NCBI GenBank assembly: GCA_964609095.1
Contig: CAZSQN010000003.1
Coordinates: 12,687-76,686 of the forward strand
Direction: 5' to 3'
Length of the DNA: 64,000 nucleotides
Origin: an uncultured Gammaproteobacteria bacterium
Lineage (GTDB): Bacteria > Patescibacteriota > Patescibacteriia > CAZSQN01
Position numbers and translations under genes: made by a program. This document shows positions 1-8,187 of the stretch, one piece after another; the stretch's first letter is position 1, and every line of letters starts with the position of its first letter. Below the pieces are notes generated by a model. That model was not told where the DNA came from. It saw only the letters and a program-made list of their open reading frames with translations, and ran no database searches.

Positions 1-1551
1 CGCGTCCAAACCGTCCAAGGATTTGGCAAAACGGGCCCTAAACACCTTGAGGATAATGCTCGCGAACATCAATCCGGAGCCGCGCTCCTGCTGGGTTAGG
101 TTCATTCCGGCGTAAAGCTCGCCGCGCTGCATCATATTGTGCTTTAACCCTTCCACGGAATCGCCGGCATTAACAAGAATGTCGGCATTATGCTCAAGCA
201 TCACCACGGGCACTTCGCTGGCCAGATACTGATAATCAGTATCAAGCGACCCGAAATGCGTACAGCAAACCCCGACCATTCTGTCAACCTTGCGTTCACC
301 GGTCGGCAGAAAATACGAAAGCTTTTTCATCACCCATTCAAGGGCAAAATCCCAACGGTCGGAAAGTTCGTCATAGACCACGCCAGGCCATCTCTTGCGC
401 AATTTGCCTTTTCTGGCCTGCAGTTTTTGAAGCGTCTCTTTAACGCATTCGCGGCTTAAGCCGGTATCGTCGGAAATCAGACCAGTAGTGCGTTTTCCGT
501 GCTCTTTGAGCGACTCAATGCACTTCCTGCGCCGGGGAGACATCTCGGCCGGCAAACCAATAAAAGCGCGCTCGCGGCTAATCAAATCCTTAAACGGATA
601 ATTGCGGACAACGGGAACGGCGCGATCGTGATACACTTCCACGACCTGAACGCCGATCTGGTTTTCGTTCACGGTTGTCTCTTCAATTCGCGAGAGTACC
701 GGAACAGCCACATAAGGAACTTTTGCCTCGCCCTTGGGCTTGGTAATGGAAGAGCCAAAGCATCCGGCAATACGCAAATCCGGCGCGGAAGAAGCTGATT
801 GCTTGCTTCTATCCTTAATCATTCGCTCAACCGGCGTTGAATAATAGTCGCCGCGCATCCACACGGCCTTAACCGGAGTCAGGACTTCCAATTTCCTTGC
901 ATGCGGCTTACCGCTCCAAAGCGGCAGATTAACCGCGTTATCTTCGTAAAGCCGCATCTCGTTTTGCGAACGAAGCCGCGAGAGAAGCATGCCGGTTTCA
1001 ATGCCGACCGCTTTATCGTACGCCTCGCTTAAAACAACATAAAACTTAACCGTTTCGCCTTTGACATTCTTAAAATGAGGAAGGTGTCTGGCCAATCTCT
1101 TGGCCATAACTTCCGGCGAGAGGTCGCGAATCTTGCGCGCAAGAATTCGCAGCTGCGGATCAACCGCATCCAATTCTTTTTCAATCTCAGACAATCTGGC
1201 CACCAATCTGGCAAGCTCCCTCTGCTCCGAGAGAGTTCGCCCTTTCTTCATCTCCAGTTTTTTAATCTCGTCTTTGGTTTTGCCCAATTCCTTGAGCAGC
1301 TTTTTCTGCGGCTTTTCCAAAAGCCTGAAATCTCTGGAAAGATTCTTGAGCTTTCTGGCGACGGCGCGGCCGGAAACCAGACCGCCGGCCAAAATCACAA
1401 AATGAACGTCTTCCTTGCGAAAGACCTCGGCGGCAAGATCAATCAAGCCCTGCCTAAAGCCGTCAGAACCGTAATCAATCCGCGACATTAATCCTATCCG
1501 TAAATGTTCTTTCTTGTCTTTGTCCGTCATTTCTTTACCTGCGGGCGACAT
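1..1551 (-). CDS. Hypothetical protein, 3'-truncated at the window edge (516 codons or more). It has a coiled-coil central region and weak metallophosphoesterase-like motifs (VILAGGL, VCCTHFG, LEHNAD).
   Basis: Manual reverse-complement translation from the ATG at 1549-1551 (MSPAGKEMTDKDKKEHL...) finds no stop down to position 1. GGAG sits 6 nt upstream. It is absent from the ORF track only because its stop lies outside the window. The plus-strand ORFs 190..459, 499..798 and 1075..1491 are antisense artefacts of this gene. Confidence 0.6.
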   Translation of the reverse strand, partial: MSPAGKEMTDKDKKEHLRIGLMSRIDYGSDGFRQGLIDLAAEVFRKEDVHFVILAGGLVSGRAVARKLKNLSRDFRLLEKPQKKLLKELGKTKDEIKKLEMKKGRTLSEQRELARLVARLSEIEKELDAVDPQLRILARKIRDLSPEVMAKRLARHLPHFKNVKGETVKFYVVLSEAYDKAVGIETGMLLSRLRSQNEMRLYEDNAVNLPLWSGKPHARKLEVLTPVKAVWMRGDYYSTPVERMIKDRSKQSASSAPDLRIAGCFGSSITKPKGEAKVPYVAVPVLSRIEETTVNENQIGVQVVEVYHDRAVPVVRNYPFKDLISRERAFIGLPAEMSPRRRKCIESLKEHGKRTTGLISDDTGLSRECVKETLQKLQARKGKLRKRWPGVVYDELSDRWDFALEWVMKKLSYFLPTGERKVDRMVGVCCTHFGSLDTDYQYLASEVPVVMLEHNADILVNAGDSVEGLKHNMMQRGELYAGMNLTQQERGSGLMFASIILKVFRARFAKSLDGLDA

Positions 1552-1702
1552 AACCGCTCCTTTCACGCATTGCCTGCTGATTGTTGGTTGTTTGGTTGTT
1601 AAAGAACTAAAAAGCCCTTCCCTCCTTAGAGTTTCCCCCTCGGCAAGAAGAGCTTTATTGCTATTATTTTAATCTATCCACAATGGATATGTCTAATGGG
1701 AT

Positions 1703-1823
1703 GTCAACCCCCGCACATAACCTTCATAAATATCATTAGATAATTTTGTCGAAACTTCGGTTACATAAAATTACCCAAAATAAGTTAAGTTATTTGTATA
1801 GGTTTATGTGCGGGGTCAACCCC
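1703..1823. repeat. MITE-like element E1 with terminal inverted repeats GTCAACCCCCGCACATAA / TTATGTGCGGGGTCAACCCC.
   Basis: 12-bp inverted core CCCCGCACATAA/TTATGTGCGGGG plus a direct GTCAACCCC flank, enclosing about 85 bp of AT-rich sequence. Confidence 0.6.
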
Positions 1824-2737
1824 GGCCTCTCTTTTTTCAAATCCTTATGCGATGAATAAAAAGATAATCCTACGATTGAAAGCGTCACCGCCGTTGGCAG
1901 CCATTCGGGAAGATGCAGCCCCAACGCCTCTAAAATCATAAAGATGCCCAAAAATCCGATTGAGGTCATGGCTCCGTTTTTAAGCCAGCGGTATTTGCCT
2001 ACCTTGTCTATTCCTTTAATGGTCAGCTCACGAACAACTAAAGCGCCAACGCCATTTCCAATTAAAATCAACGCTACATTGGTTGTAAACGCAAACGCGC
2101 CAAATATGCCGTCAATGCTAAAAGAAAGGTCCAGCACTTCCAAAAACAAAAGTTTGGAAAGGTCGCTTCTTCCCGGTTTTTCTATCTCATGCTCCTCGCG
2201 CTCGGCCATCTGGCGAAAGCCGTAAAGAATAAAAAAGATGGCATTTCCGGCCGCCGCGGCCAGCATGGCAAGCGGCCGCTCGCGCGTTATGGCCAAAAGT
2301 CCCACCAAAAGCGCGGCTGTTAAAGCAAAAAACCAAACTCCATGCTGCGGCTTGATGAGTTTGTCAGGCACAAAATACGGGTCCTTTTTTTCCAAAAACA
2401 GCCAATGAAAATAAAGCAAAAGCAAAAACATTCCGCCGCCGATTAGCAGAATATAGGAATTTTCTTCCATGGACCGTCTGGCCATTTCATCCCCGCCGAA
2501 AGTCGCGGCGGCGGCAGCAAAAAGCGTGATGCCCGGGGTGGTAATCCAGATGATTAAAAGCGGCAACAATCCTCTTACCAGAAAAACAGCGGTTAATATG
2601 CCCCAAAATAAAAACCATTTCCGCGCCCGCTCGCTCATGGTTTTAAGCATGTGCGCGTTAACAATGGCATTGTCCACGCCCTGGACTACCTCCAGCGCCA
2701 TAAGGCCGATAATTGTAATCAATGACGCAATCAGCAT
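1790..2737 (-). CDS. TerC/DUF475-like integral membrane protein. Two repeats carry DNAIV and SIDGIFGAF motifs.
   Basis: Multi-TM hydrophobic profile. The paired motifs EVVQGVDNAIVNA and LSFSIDGIFGAFAFT are typical of the TerC/Alx family. The last 11 codons or so are encoded by the inverted-repeat element at 1804-1823. Confidence 0.5.
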   Translation of the reverse strand: MLIASLITIIGLMALEVVQGVDNAIVNAHMLKTMSERARKWFLFWGILTAVFLVRGLLPLLIIWITTPGITLFAAAAATFGGDEMARRSMEENSYILLIGGGMFLLLLYFHWLFLEKKDPYFVPDKLIKPQHGVWFFALTAALLVGLLAITRERPLAMLAAAAGNAIFFILYGFRQMAEREEHEIEKPGRSDLSKLLFLEVLDLSFSIDGIFGAFAFTTNVALILIGNGVGALVVRELTIKGIDKVGKYRWLKNGAMTSIGFLGIFMILEALGLHLPEWLPTAVTLSIVGLSFYSSHKDLKKERPGLTPHINLYK

Positions 2738-2738
2738 T

Positions 2739-3617
2739 TTATATTTTTAGATTAAAAAGCCGGACGGCGTTTTTAGTCGTTTCCTCCGCGATTTGCTCAT
2801 AACCGACGCCTTTGATTTCGGCAAGCCGTCGGGCGACAAACTCCACATAGCTTGGCTCGTTGCGCGCTCCGCGATGCGGCGGCGGGGCAAGATATGGCGA
2901 ATCGGTTTCAACCATAATCATATTAAGCGGCGCACGGAAGGCAACCTCGGCTAAAATATCAAGCGCGCCTTTTTTTGGCGGAAAAGCAATTGTTCCGGTA
3001 AAAGAAATTAAAAATTCCAGATCAAAATATCTTTTGGCGTCTTCCCAATTTCCGCTAAAACAATGAATCACCCCCCTTTTGCCCAGATTGCCCTGATGGA
3101 TTTCGTCGTGAAGAATCTCAATCGCGTCAGAATGCGCGCTTGCGGCCTCCGGAGTCAAACCATCGCGGACATGGACAACGAGCGGGAGATTTAATTCTGT
3201 GGCCAGATGAACATGCTCGCGAAACGTTTGCCTTTGTTTCTCTTTTGTCGCTTCCGCGTCCAAACCTTCCGGAATGCGGTAATAATCCAGCCCGCATTCG
3301 CCTATGGCAACTATTTTTTCCGAACTCCGCGCTAAATTTTTATAAAATTCGTAATCAAACTTCTCCAACTCTTTTTTAGGATTTGAAAGTTCAGATTCGT
3401 CGTGATGCAAACTATAAAGATGGCTTGGATGCATGCCCACGGCTGCCCAGATGCCGTCATCGTATTTTGCCGCCACGGCAATGGCGCCGGCTGATGTAGC
3501 CGCGTCGGTGCCAACCGTTATCATTTTGACGTTATTAAGAAAAGCGCGACGAATAACTTCGTCGCCGTCTTCTTTATAAGCGTTAAAGTGAACGTGGCAG
3601 TGGGTGTCAATCAGCAT
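2739..3617 (-). CDS. tatD: TatD-family metal-dependent hydrolase (DNase).
   Basis: N-terminus MLIDTHCHVHF plus His/Asp/Glu metal ligands spaced as in TatD/YcfH. Confidence 0.8.
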   Translation of the reverse strand: MLIDTHCHVHFNAYKEDGDEVIRRAFLNNVKMITVGTDAATSAGAIAVAAKYDDGIWAAVGMHPSHLYSLHHDESELSNPKKELEKFDYEFYKNLARSSEKIVAIGECGLDYYRIPEGLDAEATKEKQRQTFREHVHLATELNLPLVVHVRDGLTPEAASAHSDAIEILHDEIHQGNLGKRGVIHCFSGNWEDAKRYFDLEFLISFTGTIAFPPKKGALDILAEVAFRAPLNMIMVETDSPYLAPPPHRGARNEPSYVEFVARRLAEIKGVGYEQIAEETTKNAVRLFNLKI

Positions 3618-3647
3618 TAATTTTTTTATATTTAAATATTTAAATGT

Positions 3648-4178
3648 TTAAATATTCAAAGGCGGCAAGCCGAGAACGCGAAGCGCTTCTGGAAGAAGCG
3701 GCAGGAGCACTCTGGCAATTCCGATCAACCATCTCCCTATTTCCGACGGCCCGACAATTTTTTCCAAAAATACGGCAGAAACGGGAATCGCTCCGGCAAC
3801 ATGCAAAATAAGTCCCAGCACCAGCGCGCCTTCGGCAAATCCCAAAACGGCTCCGGCCAGCCGATTTATTGTTTTAAGAAACGGAATTATGGTCAGGATT
3901 TTAAATATCTTTTCAATTAAATAGAATACAAGCCCGACCAGGCGATTGACGATGGTAAAAACAATTATAAAAACAATAATTTTCCAAACGGGCAAACTGC
4001 CGCCAAATCTGCCGGAAAAAAATTCCGCGATGGAAGCAAAATAATGTCCGGCAACATAAGCCCCGGCAACGGTGCCGACTAGCGCGCCCAAAGTATGGAT
4101 AATACCGAACCAAAAACCAAAAAGAACAAACCCTCCAAGTATGATGAGCAAGATTATGTCAACAAAAGACATAAACAA
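3648..4178 (-). CDS. CvpA-family membrane protein.
   Basis: 176 aa with four TM helices. The N-terminal DIILLIILGGFVLFGFWFG pattern is typical of colicin V production protein CvpA. Confidence 0.5.
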   Translation of the reverse strand: MFMSFVDIILLIILGGFVLFGFWFGIIHTLGALVGTVAGAYVAGHYFASIAEFFSGRFGGSLPVWKIIVFIIVFTIVNRLVGLVFYLIEKIFKILTIIPFLKTINRLAGAVLGFAEGALVLGLILHVAGAIPVSAVFLEKIVGPSEIGRWLIGIARVLLPLLPEALRVLGLPPLNI

Positions 4179-4190
4179 AATATCTAATTT

Positions 4191-5711
4191 CTAATGACTA
4201 ATTTCTAATCTTGGAAAAAGCGCCGCGCCCTTTTTCACCTTGCTTCCCGGCTTTATCCCGCCCCATTTTTTGGCCGTCTCATAGCGCGAACTCCGCCAGG
4301 TCTTTCCAAAGCCAAGGTCTTTAAAAATTTTATCAGCCGTATCGGGTAAAAATGGCGCGACCATCCAAGCAATATTTCGGAGCGATTCAAGCAAGGTGTA
4401 GATAACTTTAGAGAGCCGTTTTTTGTCTATTTTGGCTAAAACCCACGGCTGCTCCGTATCAATAAATTTATCCAAAGCGCCGACCGCGTCCCAGATATCG
4501 GAGAGAGCCAAATCCAACCTTAAACTCCCCATATTCACTTCATATGATAGCCAAGTATGGGCAATCCTGCCAGTGGCGCGAGGCGGCACTATACCGCCAA
4601 AATACTTTTCGGCCATGCCTAAAATTCTGGCGGTTAAATTGCCTAAACCATTGGCCAGATCAGCGTTGTACCGCTCGCTCATCCTGTCGGGCGAAAAGTC
4701 CCCGTCGTTGCCAAACCCGATTTCGCGCAAAAGATAATAACGCAAAGCATCAACGCCAAACCGCGAAGTCAATTCAACCGGATTAATCGCGTTGCCCAGC
4801 GACTTGGAGATTTTCTCTCCGTCTATGGTAAAAAATCCGTGGGCAAAAACTTTTTTGGGAAGCGGCAATCCGGCGGAAAGCAGCATGGCCGGCCAAAGCG
4901 CGCAATGAAACTTGATAATATCTTTGCCCACCAGATGCAGGTCCGCCGGCCAATACTTTTGAAATTTTTTACCGTCTGCGCCGTAGCCAACCGCGCTTAA
5001 ATAATTGATAAGCGCGTCAAACCAGACATAAATCGCGTGATGTTTATCCTTTGGAAACGGAGTCCCGCATTTTGCCGAAGCGCGGGTAATGGAAATATCC
5101 TCCATAAAATTTTGGATATAACTCACTACCTCGTTTCGCCTGCTTTCAGGCGCGATAAAATCAGGATGCTTTTTAATGTGATTCAAAAGCGCTTTCCTGT
5201 ATTTTGACAGTTTGAAAAAATAATTTTCTTCTTTAATTTTTTCCGGCGGCTTTTTATGAATCGGGCAAAGCCCGCTTTCCAAATCCGATTCAGGCAAAAA
5301 TGTTTCGCATCCGACGCAGTACCAGCCCTCATAAGTTCCTTTATAAATATCCCCGCGCTTCCATACCACCTCAATAAACTTGGCGATCGCCTTTTTATGC
5401 CGCGTCTCGGTCGTGCGGATAAAATCGTCATTAGTCATTCCGAGCGAATCCCAGGTTTCCGCCCAAACCGCAGCCATTTCATCCAGATAACCTTTGATGT
5501 CCCCCTCTTTTCCCAATTTTTTGGCCGCTTCAATATTCTTTTGGCTGTTTTCATCCGTGCCAGTTAAAAAATTTACCTCAAAACCACGCATACGAAAGTA
5601 GCGCGCGAGCGCGTCTGCCGCGAACATAGTATAAGCGTGGCCAATATGCGGCTTGTCGTTTACGTAATAGATAGGCGTGGTGATGTAGAATTTTTTGGAA
5701 TTTAATGCCAT
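4191..5711 (-). CDS. metG: Methionyl-tRNA synthetase (class I, short form).
   Basis: TTPIYYVNDKPHIGHAYT (HIGH motif), KISKSLGN (KMSKS motif), and Cys-rich zinc knuckle CVGCETF...CPIHK. Confidence 0.92.
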   Translation of the reverse strand: MALNSKKFYITTPIYYVNDKPHIGHAYTMFAADALARYFRMRGFEVNFLTGTDENSQKNIEAAKKLGKEGDIKGYLDEMAAVWAETWDSLGMTNDDFIRTTETRHKKAIAKFIEVVWKRGDIYKGTYEGWYCVGCETFLPESDLESGLCPIHKKPPEKIKEENYFFKLSKYRKALLNHIKKHPDFIAPESRRNEVVSYIQNFMEDISITRASAKCGTPFPKDKHHAIYVWFDALINYLSAVGYGADGKKFQKYWPADLHLVGKDIIKFHCALWPAMLLSAGLPLPKKVFAHGFFTIDGEKISKSLGNAINPVELTSRFGVDALRYYLLREIGFGNDGDFSPDRMSERYNADLANGLGNLTARILGMAEKYFGGIVPPRATGRIAHTWLSYEVNMGSLRLDLALSDIWDAVGALDKFIDTEQPWVLAKIDKKRLSKVIYTLLESLRNIAWMVAPFLPDTADKIFKDLGFGKTWRSSRYETAKKWGGIKPGSKVKKGAALFPRLEISH

Positions 5712-5796
5712 AAGCTCATTTAATACAATCCTAATTCAGTATAACTTGTAATTTCCAAAATACCAAATTCCGTTTCGGTTCCTATATTCTGTAAAA

Positions 5797-5835
5797 TAGA
5801 ATAACAATTTTAAGCTATAGCTGATTTTTGTTATT
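5797..5835. promoter_or_regulatory. Nested-palindrome operator-like element AATAACAAAAATCAGCTATAGCTTAAAATTGTTATT in the metG upstream region (copy B).
   Basis: Central perfect palindrome AGCTATAGCT nested inside the inverted arms AATAACAA/TTGTTATT. It is near-identical to the copy at 6438-6474. Confidence 0.5.
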
Positions 5836-5862
5836 ATTTTTTAATTTCTTTATTGCTAACCT

Positions 5863-6432
5863 CTACTGACGATGGAGGCCAAATTTACGAACCAACCAAT
5901 AATCGCCGGGGAATCTCTCTGAGGTAAGATATATAATATTTCTTCTTAGACCATATCCGGTTCTCATAAGTTCGATCATCTGATCTGCGGAATAGGGGAA
6001 AATCCAGACACTGTCTTGTAGGCGAAAAAAACCTATAGAACGGAGGGTTTCCCGAGTCCTGTCTCGAAGAACCTTCCGCTTCTCCTCAACATCAAAAATA
6101 ACTATTCTCCACTTCTCATCCCATTTCTTTGGTCTTTTTAATTTTATCTGCTTGGCCTCAATCTGTTGCAGAAATTTGTATCCTTTTTCAGTTAGATTAA
6201 TAAATGTATGCGCGCTGCTAATTTTCTTGAACAAAATCCCACGAGCAACCAATCTATTTACTGTTTGGTTAATAATAGCGGTAAAACTCCCCTCCCTCCG
6301 TTCAAGAAACACCGGCCCAAGATGTTTAATCAGGTTCGGCGCAACAAAAGAAGCCGCGACCAAACCAGTTAATCCCACTGCTTTTATAACCTCTTTTGTC
6401 CATTCAATTCTTTCAATTCTTTTATTTTTCAT
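5863..6432 (-). CDS. Putative transcriptional regulator: N-terminal winged helix plus a C-terminal Cas2/VapD-like motif, resembling the PaaX-like architecture.
   Basis: The N-terminus INQTVNRLVARGILFKK...LTEKGYKFL looks like a wHTH. The C-terminus WRIVIFDVEEKRKVLRDRTRETLRSIGFFRLQDSVWIFP matches the Cas2 core pattern (hhhhYDV..RR..l...l...G.R.Q.SVF). The gene is flanked by identical about 35-bp nested-palindrome elements. Confidence 0.45.
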   Translation of the reverse strand: MKNKRIERIEWTKEVIKAVGLTGLVAASFVAPNLIKHLGPVFLERREGSFTAIINQTVNRLVARGILFKKISSAHTFINLTEKGYKFLQQIEAKQIKLKRPKKWDEKWRIVIFDVEEKRKVLRDRTRETLRSIGFFRLQDSVWIFPYSADQMIELMRTGYGLRRNIIYLTSERFPGDYWLVRKFGLHRQ

Positions 6433-6437
6433 AATAA

Positions 6438-6474
6438 CAATATTAAGCTATAGCTGATTTTTGTTATTGTCAAT
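6438..6474. promoter_or_regulatory. Nested-palindrome operator-like element (copy A) immediately upstream of the start codon of the wHTH gene. It overlaps a TTGACA-like -35 at 6475-6480.
   Basis: The sequence CAATAACAAAAATCAGCTATAGCTTAATATTGTTATT ends 5 nt before the ATG at 6432 on the minus strand. Same element as 5797-5835. Confidence 0.5.
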
Positions 6475-6489
6475 TTTTAAAATGACGGT

Positions 6490-7440
6490 CATTCTTTCTA
6501 TAATTAAAAAAGGGTCCAGCTTTTGGCCAGACCCTCGCGCCGACGAATCGGCTAATGTCACTTCGCCGAGAACGCGACCTTCATAGGACACCTCCTGGAT
6601 GAATGGTTTTTTCGTGAAAGAACGAAAGATGGGTGCGTGCCCGGAATCTAACAGGGATGTGTTTACATTACATTACACGCACCTTACCAGTAAAAACAGA
6701 GTGACTTAGCGTGCCTTATACGGCACGGCACCCGTCGAGGACGTCTCCTCTAACCGGATGAAGTCACGGACTTCGGGAACGTCGCGACGTCCCTGAAGTT
6801 GCCCTCCTGGACCCCGAGGCGGAACTCGGAGCGCTCCTTTGATTCGTTCCAGGCCATCGAGGACCTGGTAACGTCCGCTGCCCGTCCCCAACGCGTCAAC
6901 GCGTCAAGGACAGATTTTAAGGTTCTGGCGAACAGTGGGAAGTAAATCCCTAAACCATTCGTCAAAACCAGTGGAGCCGGGTGGAGTTGAACCACCATCA
7001 TCAACCTGGGCATCCTATATCCCATTAACAGGTATGCTGGCCCGTTAAGAGCTTACGCTCTGATTGATTTACCTCCCTTTAGGCGGCTCCTAAAAAGTGC
7101 TGGACTGAGTGAGATATTTGGGCGGTGAAGTTGGCTTCATTAAGGGAGAAGCCCAGTAGCCCATTTTGCCCGGTGAAGAGTTCCAGCACCAGTGCGACCG
7201 GAAGGATTTGAACCTTCACTCTCTGCGATTCCACTCCCCGTGATTCCCATTTGGGCGGAAGCCAGAGCGCAGCCCGTGCTCGGTCGCGACAACTTTGTGA
7301 AGAACTGCGGGGGGTTTTGTACTCTGGTCCAACCAGAGCCGAGGTTACTCTACCCCCCTAAATCACCTCACTTCTAACGGACAGGTTACCACAAACCCCA
7401 AAATCTGTCAAGCCCCACTGACAAAATTATGAATTTTCTC
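6490..7440 (-). ncRNA. ORF-free, GC-rich structured region: candidate ncRNA locus or loci of unknown class, containing two tRNA-like T-arm/acceptor modules. Possibly tmRNA-like or tRNA-like RNAs.
   Basis: There is no ORF above 91 aa on either strand across about 950 bp. The minus strand carries GGTGG-TTCAACT-CCACC-CGGCTCC-A (6969-6997), with a complementary GGAGCCG at 7083-7089. It also carries GAAGG-TTCAAAT-CCTTC-CGGTCGC-A (7193-7219), with a complementary GCGACCG at 7281-7287. Other structure includes a GNRA hairpin CAGAGC-GUAA-GCUCUG, a G6...C6 hairpin at about 7310-7355, and a minus-strand TTGACA-17-TAACCT promoter-like site at about 7384-7412. No canonical anticodon arm was found in either module. 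Confidence 0.4.
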
Positions 7441-7445
7441 TTCTG

Positions 7446-7481
7446 ATATCACTTTTGACACGGCCGTGTCAAAAGTGATAT
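7446..7481. terminator. 36-bp perfect palindrome (18+18, no spacer) abutting the rsmI stop codon.
   Basis: ATATCACTTTTGACACGG followed by CCGTGTCAAAAGTGATAT. TTTATT follows on the plus strand, and there is no U-run on the minus strand. Confidence 0.45.
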
Positions 7482-8165
7482 TTATTCCGCAGCGGCAGAA
7501 ATTACAATTACAAACTCTCCTCTTACTTCATCCTTCGGAATTTTATCCAAAATATCCACTATGTTTCCGCGATAAATAGATTCAAATTTTTTTGTTAATT
7601 CACGCGCCACCATTATTTTCCTTTTCGCATCAGCATATTTCCTTAATTGTTCCAAGGCCTTAATCAGGCGATACGGCGATTCGTATAAAACAATTGCCCG
7701 CTTCTCGCTTGCCAATTTTTTAAAAAACGTCTCTCTCCCCTTTTTATGCGGCGGGAATCCTAAAAAAACAAACTCGCCCATCGAAAAACCAGATATTGAA
7801 ATCGCGGCGGTCAAAGCCGAAGGACCGGGAATTGATTCACAATTTAAACGATCGTCAAAATTATGAACCAGGGCGGCAACCAATCTGCCGCCGGGATCTG
7901 ATATACCGGGGGTTCCGGCATCAGCGGTCAAAGCAATGTGTTTTCCGCTATCCAACGCTTCTATAATTTTTGGGAGCATTTTTTCATGGGAATGTTCGTC
8001 ATAGCGCCAAACTGTTTTATTTTTAATATCAAAATGCGCCAAAAGCTTGGCCGCCATGCGAGTGTCTTCGGCTAATATCAAATCCGCTTCGCGCAAAGTT
8101 CTAATGGCGCGAAGAGTAATATCTTCAAGATTGCCGATTGGCGTTGCCACAATTGACAATTTCAT
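7482..8165 (-). CDS. rsmI: 16S rRNA (cytidine1402-2'-O)-methyltransferase, a tetrapyrrole-methylase fold.
   Basis: MKLSIVATPIGNLEDITLRAIRTLREADLILAEDTR...TDAGTPGISDPG is the characteristic RsmI N-terminus. Confidence 0.85.
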   Translation of the reverse strand: MKLSIVATPIGNLEDITLRAIRTLREADLILAEDTRMAAKLLAHFDIKNKTVWRYDEHSHEKMLPKIIEALDSGKHIALTADAGTPGISDPGGRLVAALVHNFDDRLNCESIPGPSALTAAISISGFSMGEFVFLGFPPHKKGRETFFKKLASEKRAIVLYESPYRLIKALEQLRKYADAKRKIMVARELTKKFESIYRGNIVDILDKIPKDEVRGEFVIVISAAAE

Positions 8166-8187
8166 AAATTTTATTTACTTTGATTCT

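Noticed and set aside
190-1491. Plus-strand ORFs 190..459, 499..798, 1075..1491 and 1100..1405, sharing a frame in part. Considered as a fragmented pseudogene or recoded gene.
   Set aside because: They are antisense to a clean reading frame of more than 516 codons on the minus strand (1..1551). Their low-complexity translations are typical shadow ORFs.
6960-7300. Confident call of tmRNA (ssrA) for the structured region.
   Set aside because: A tRNA-like 3' end is present, but no convincing 5' acceptor partner at tmRNA distance was found. No resume codon, ...ALAA-UAA tag frame or D-loop analogue was found either. This is left as an unclassified ncRNA candidate rather than a named RNA.
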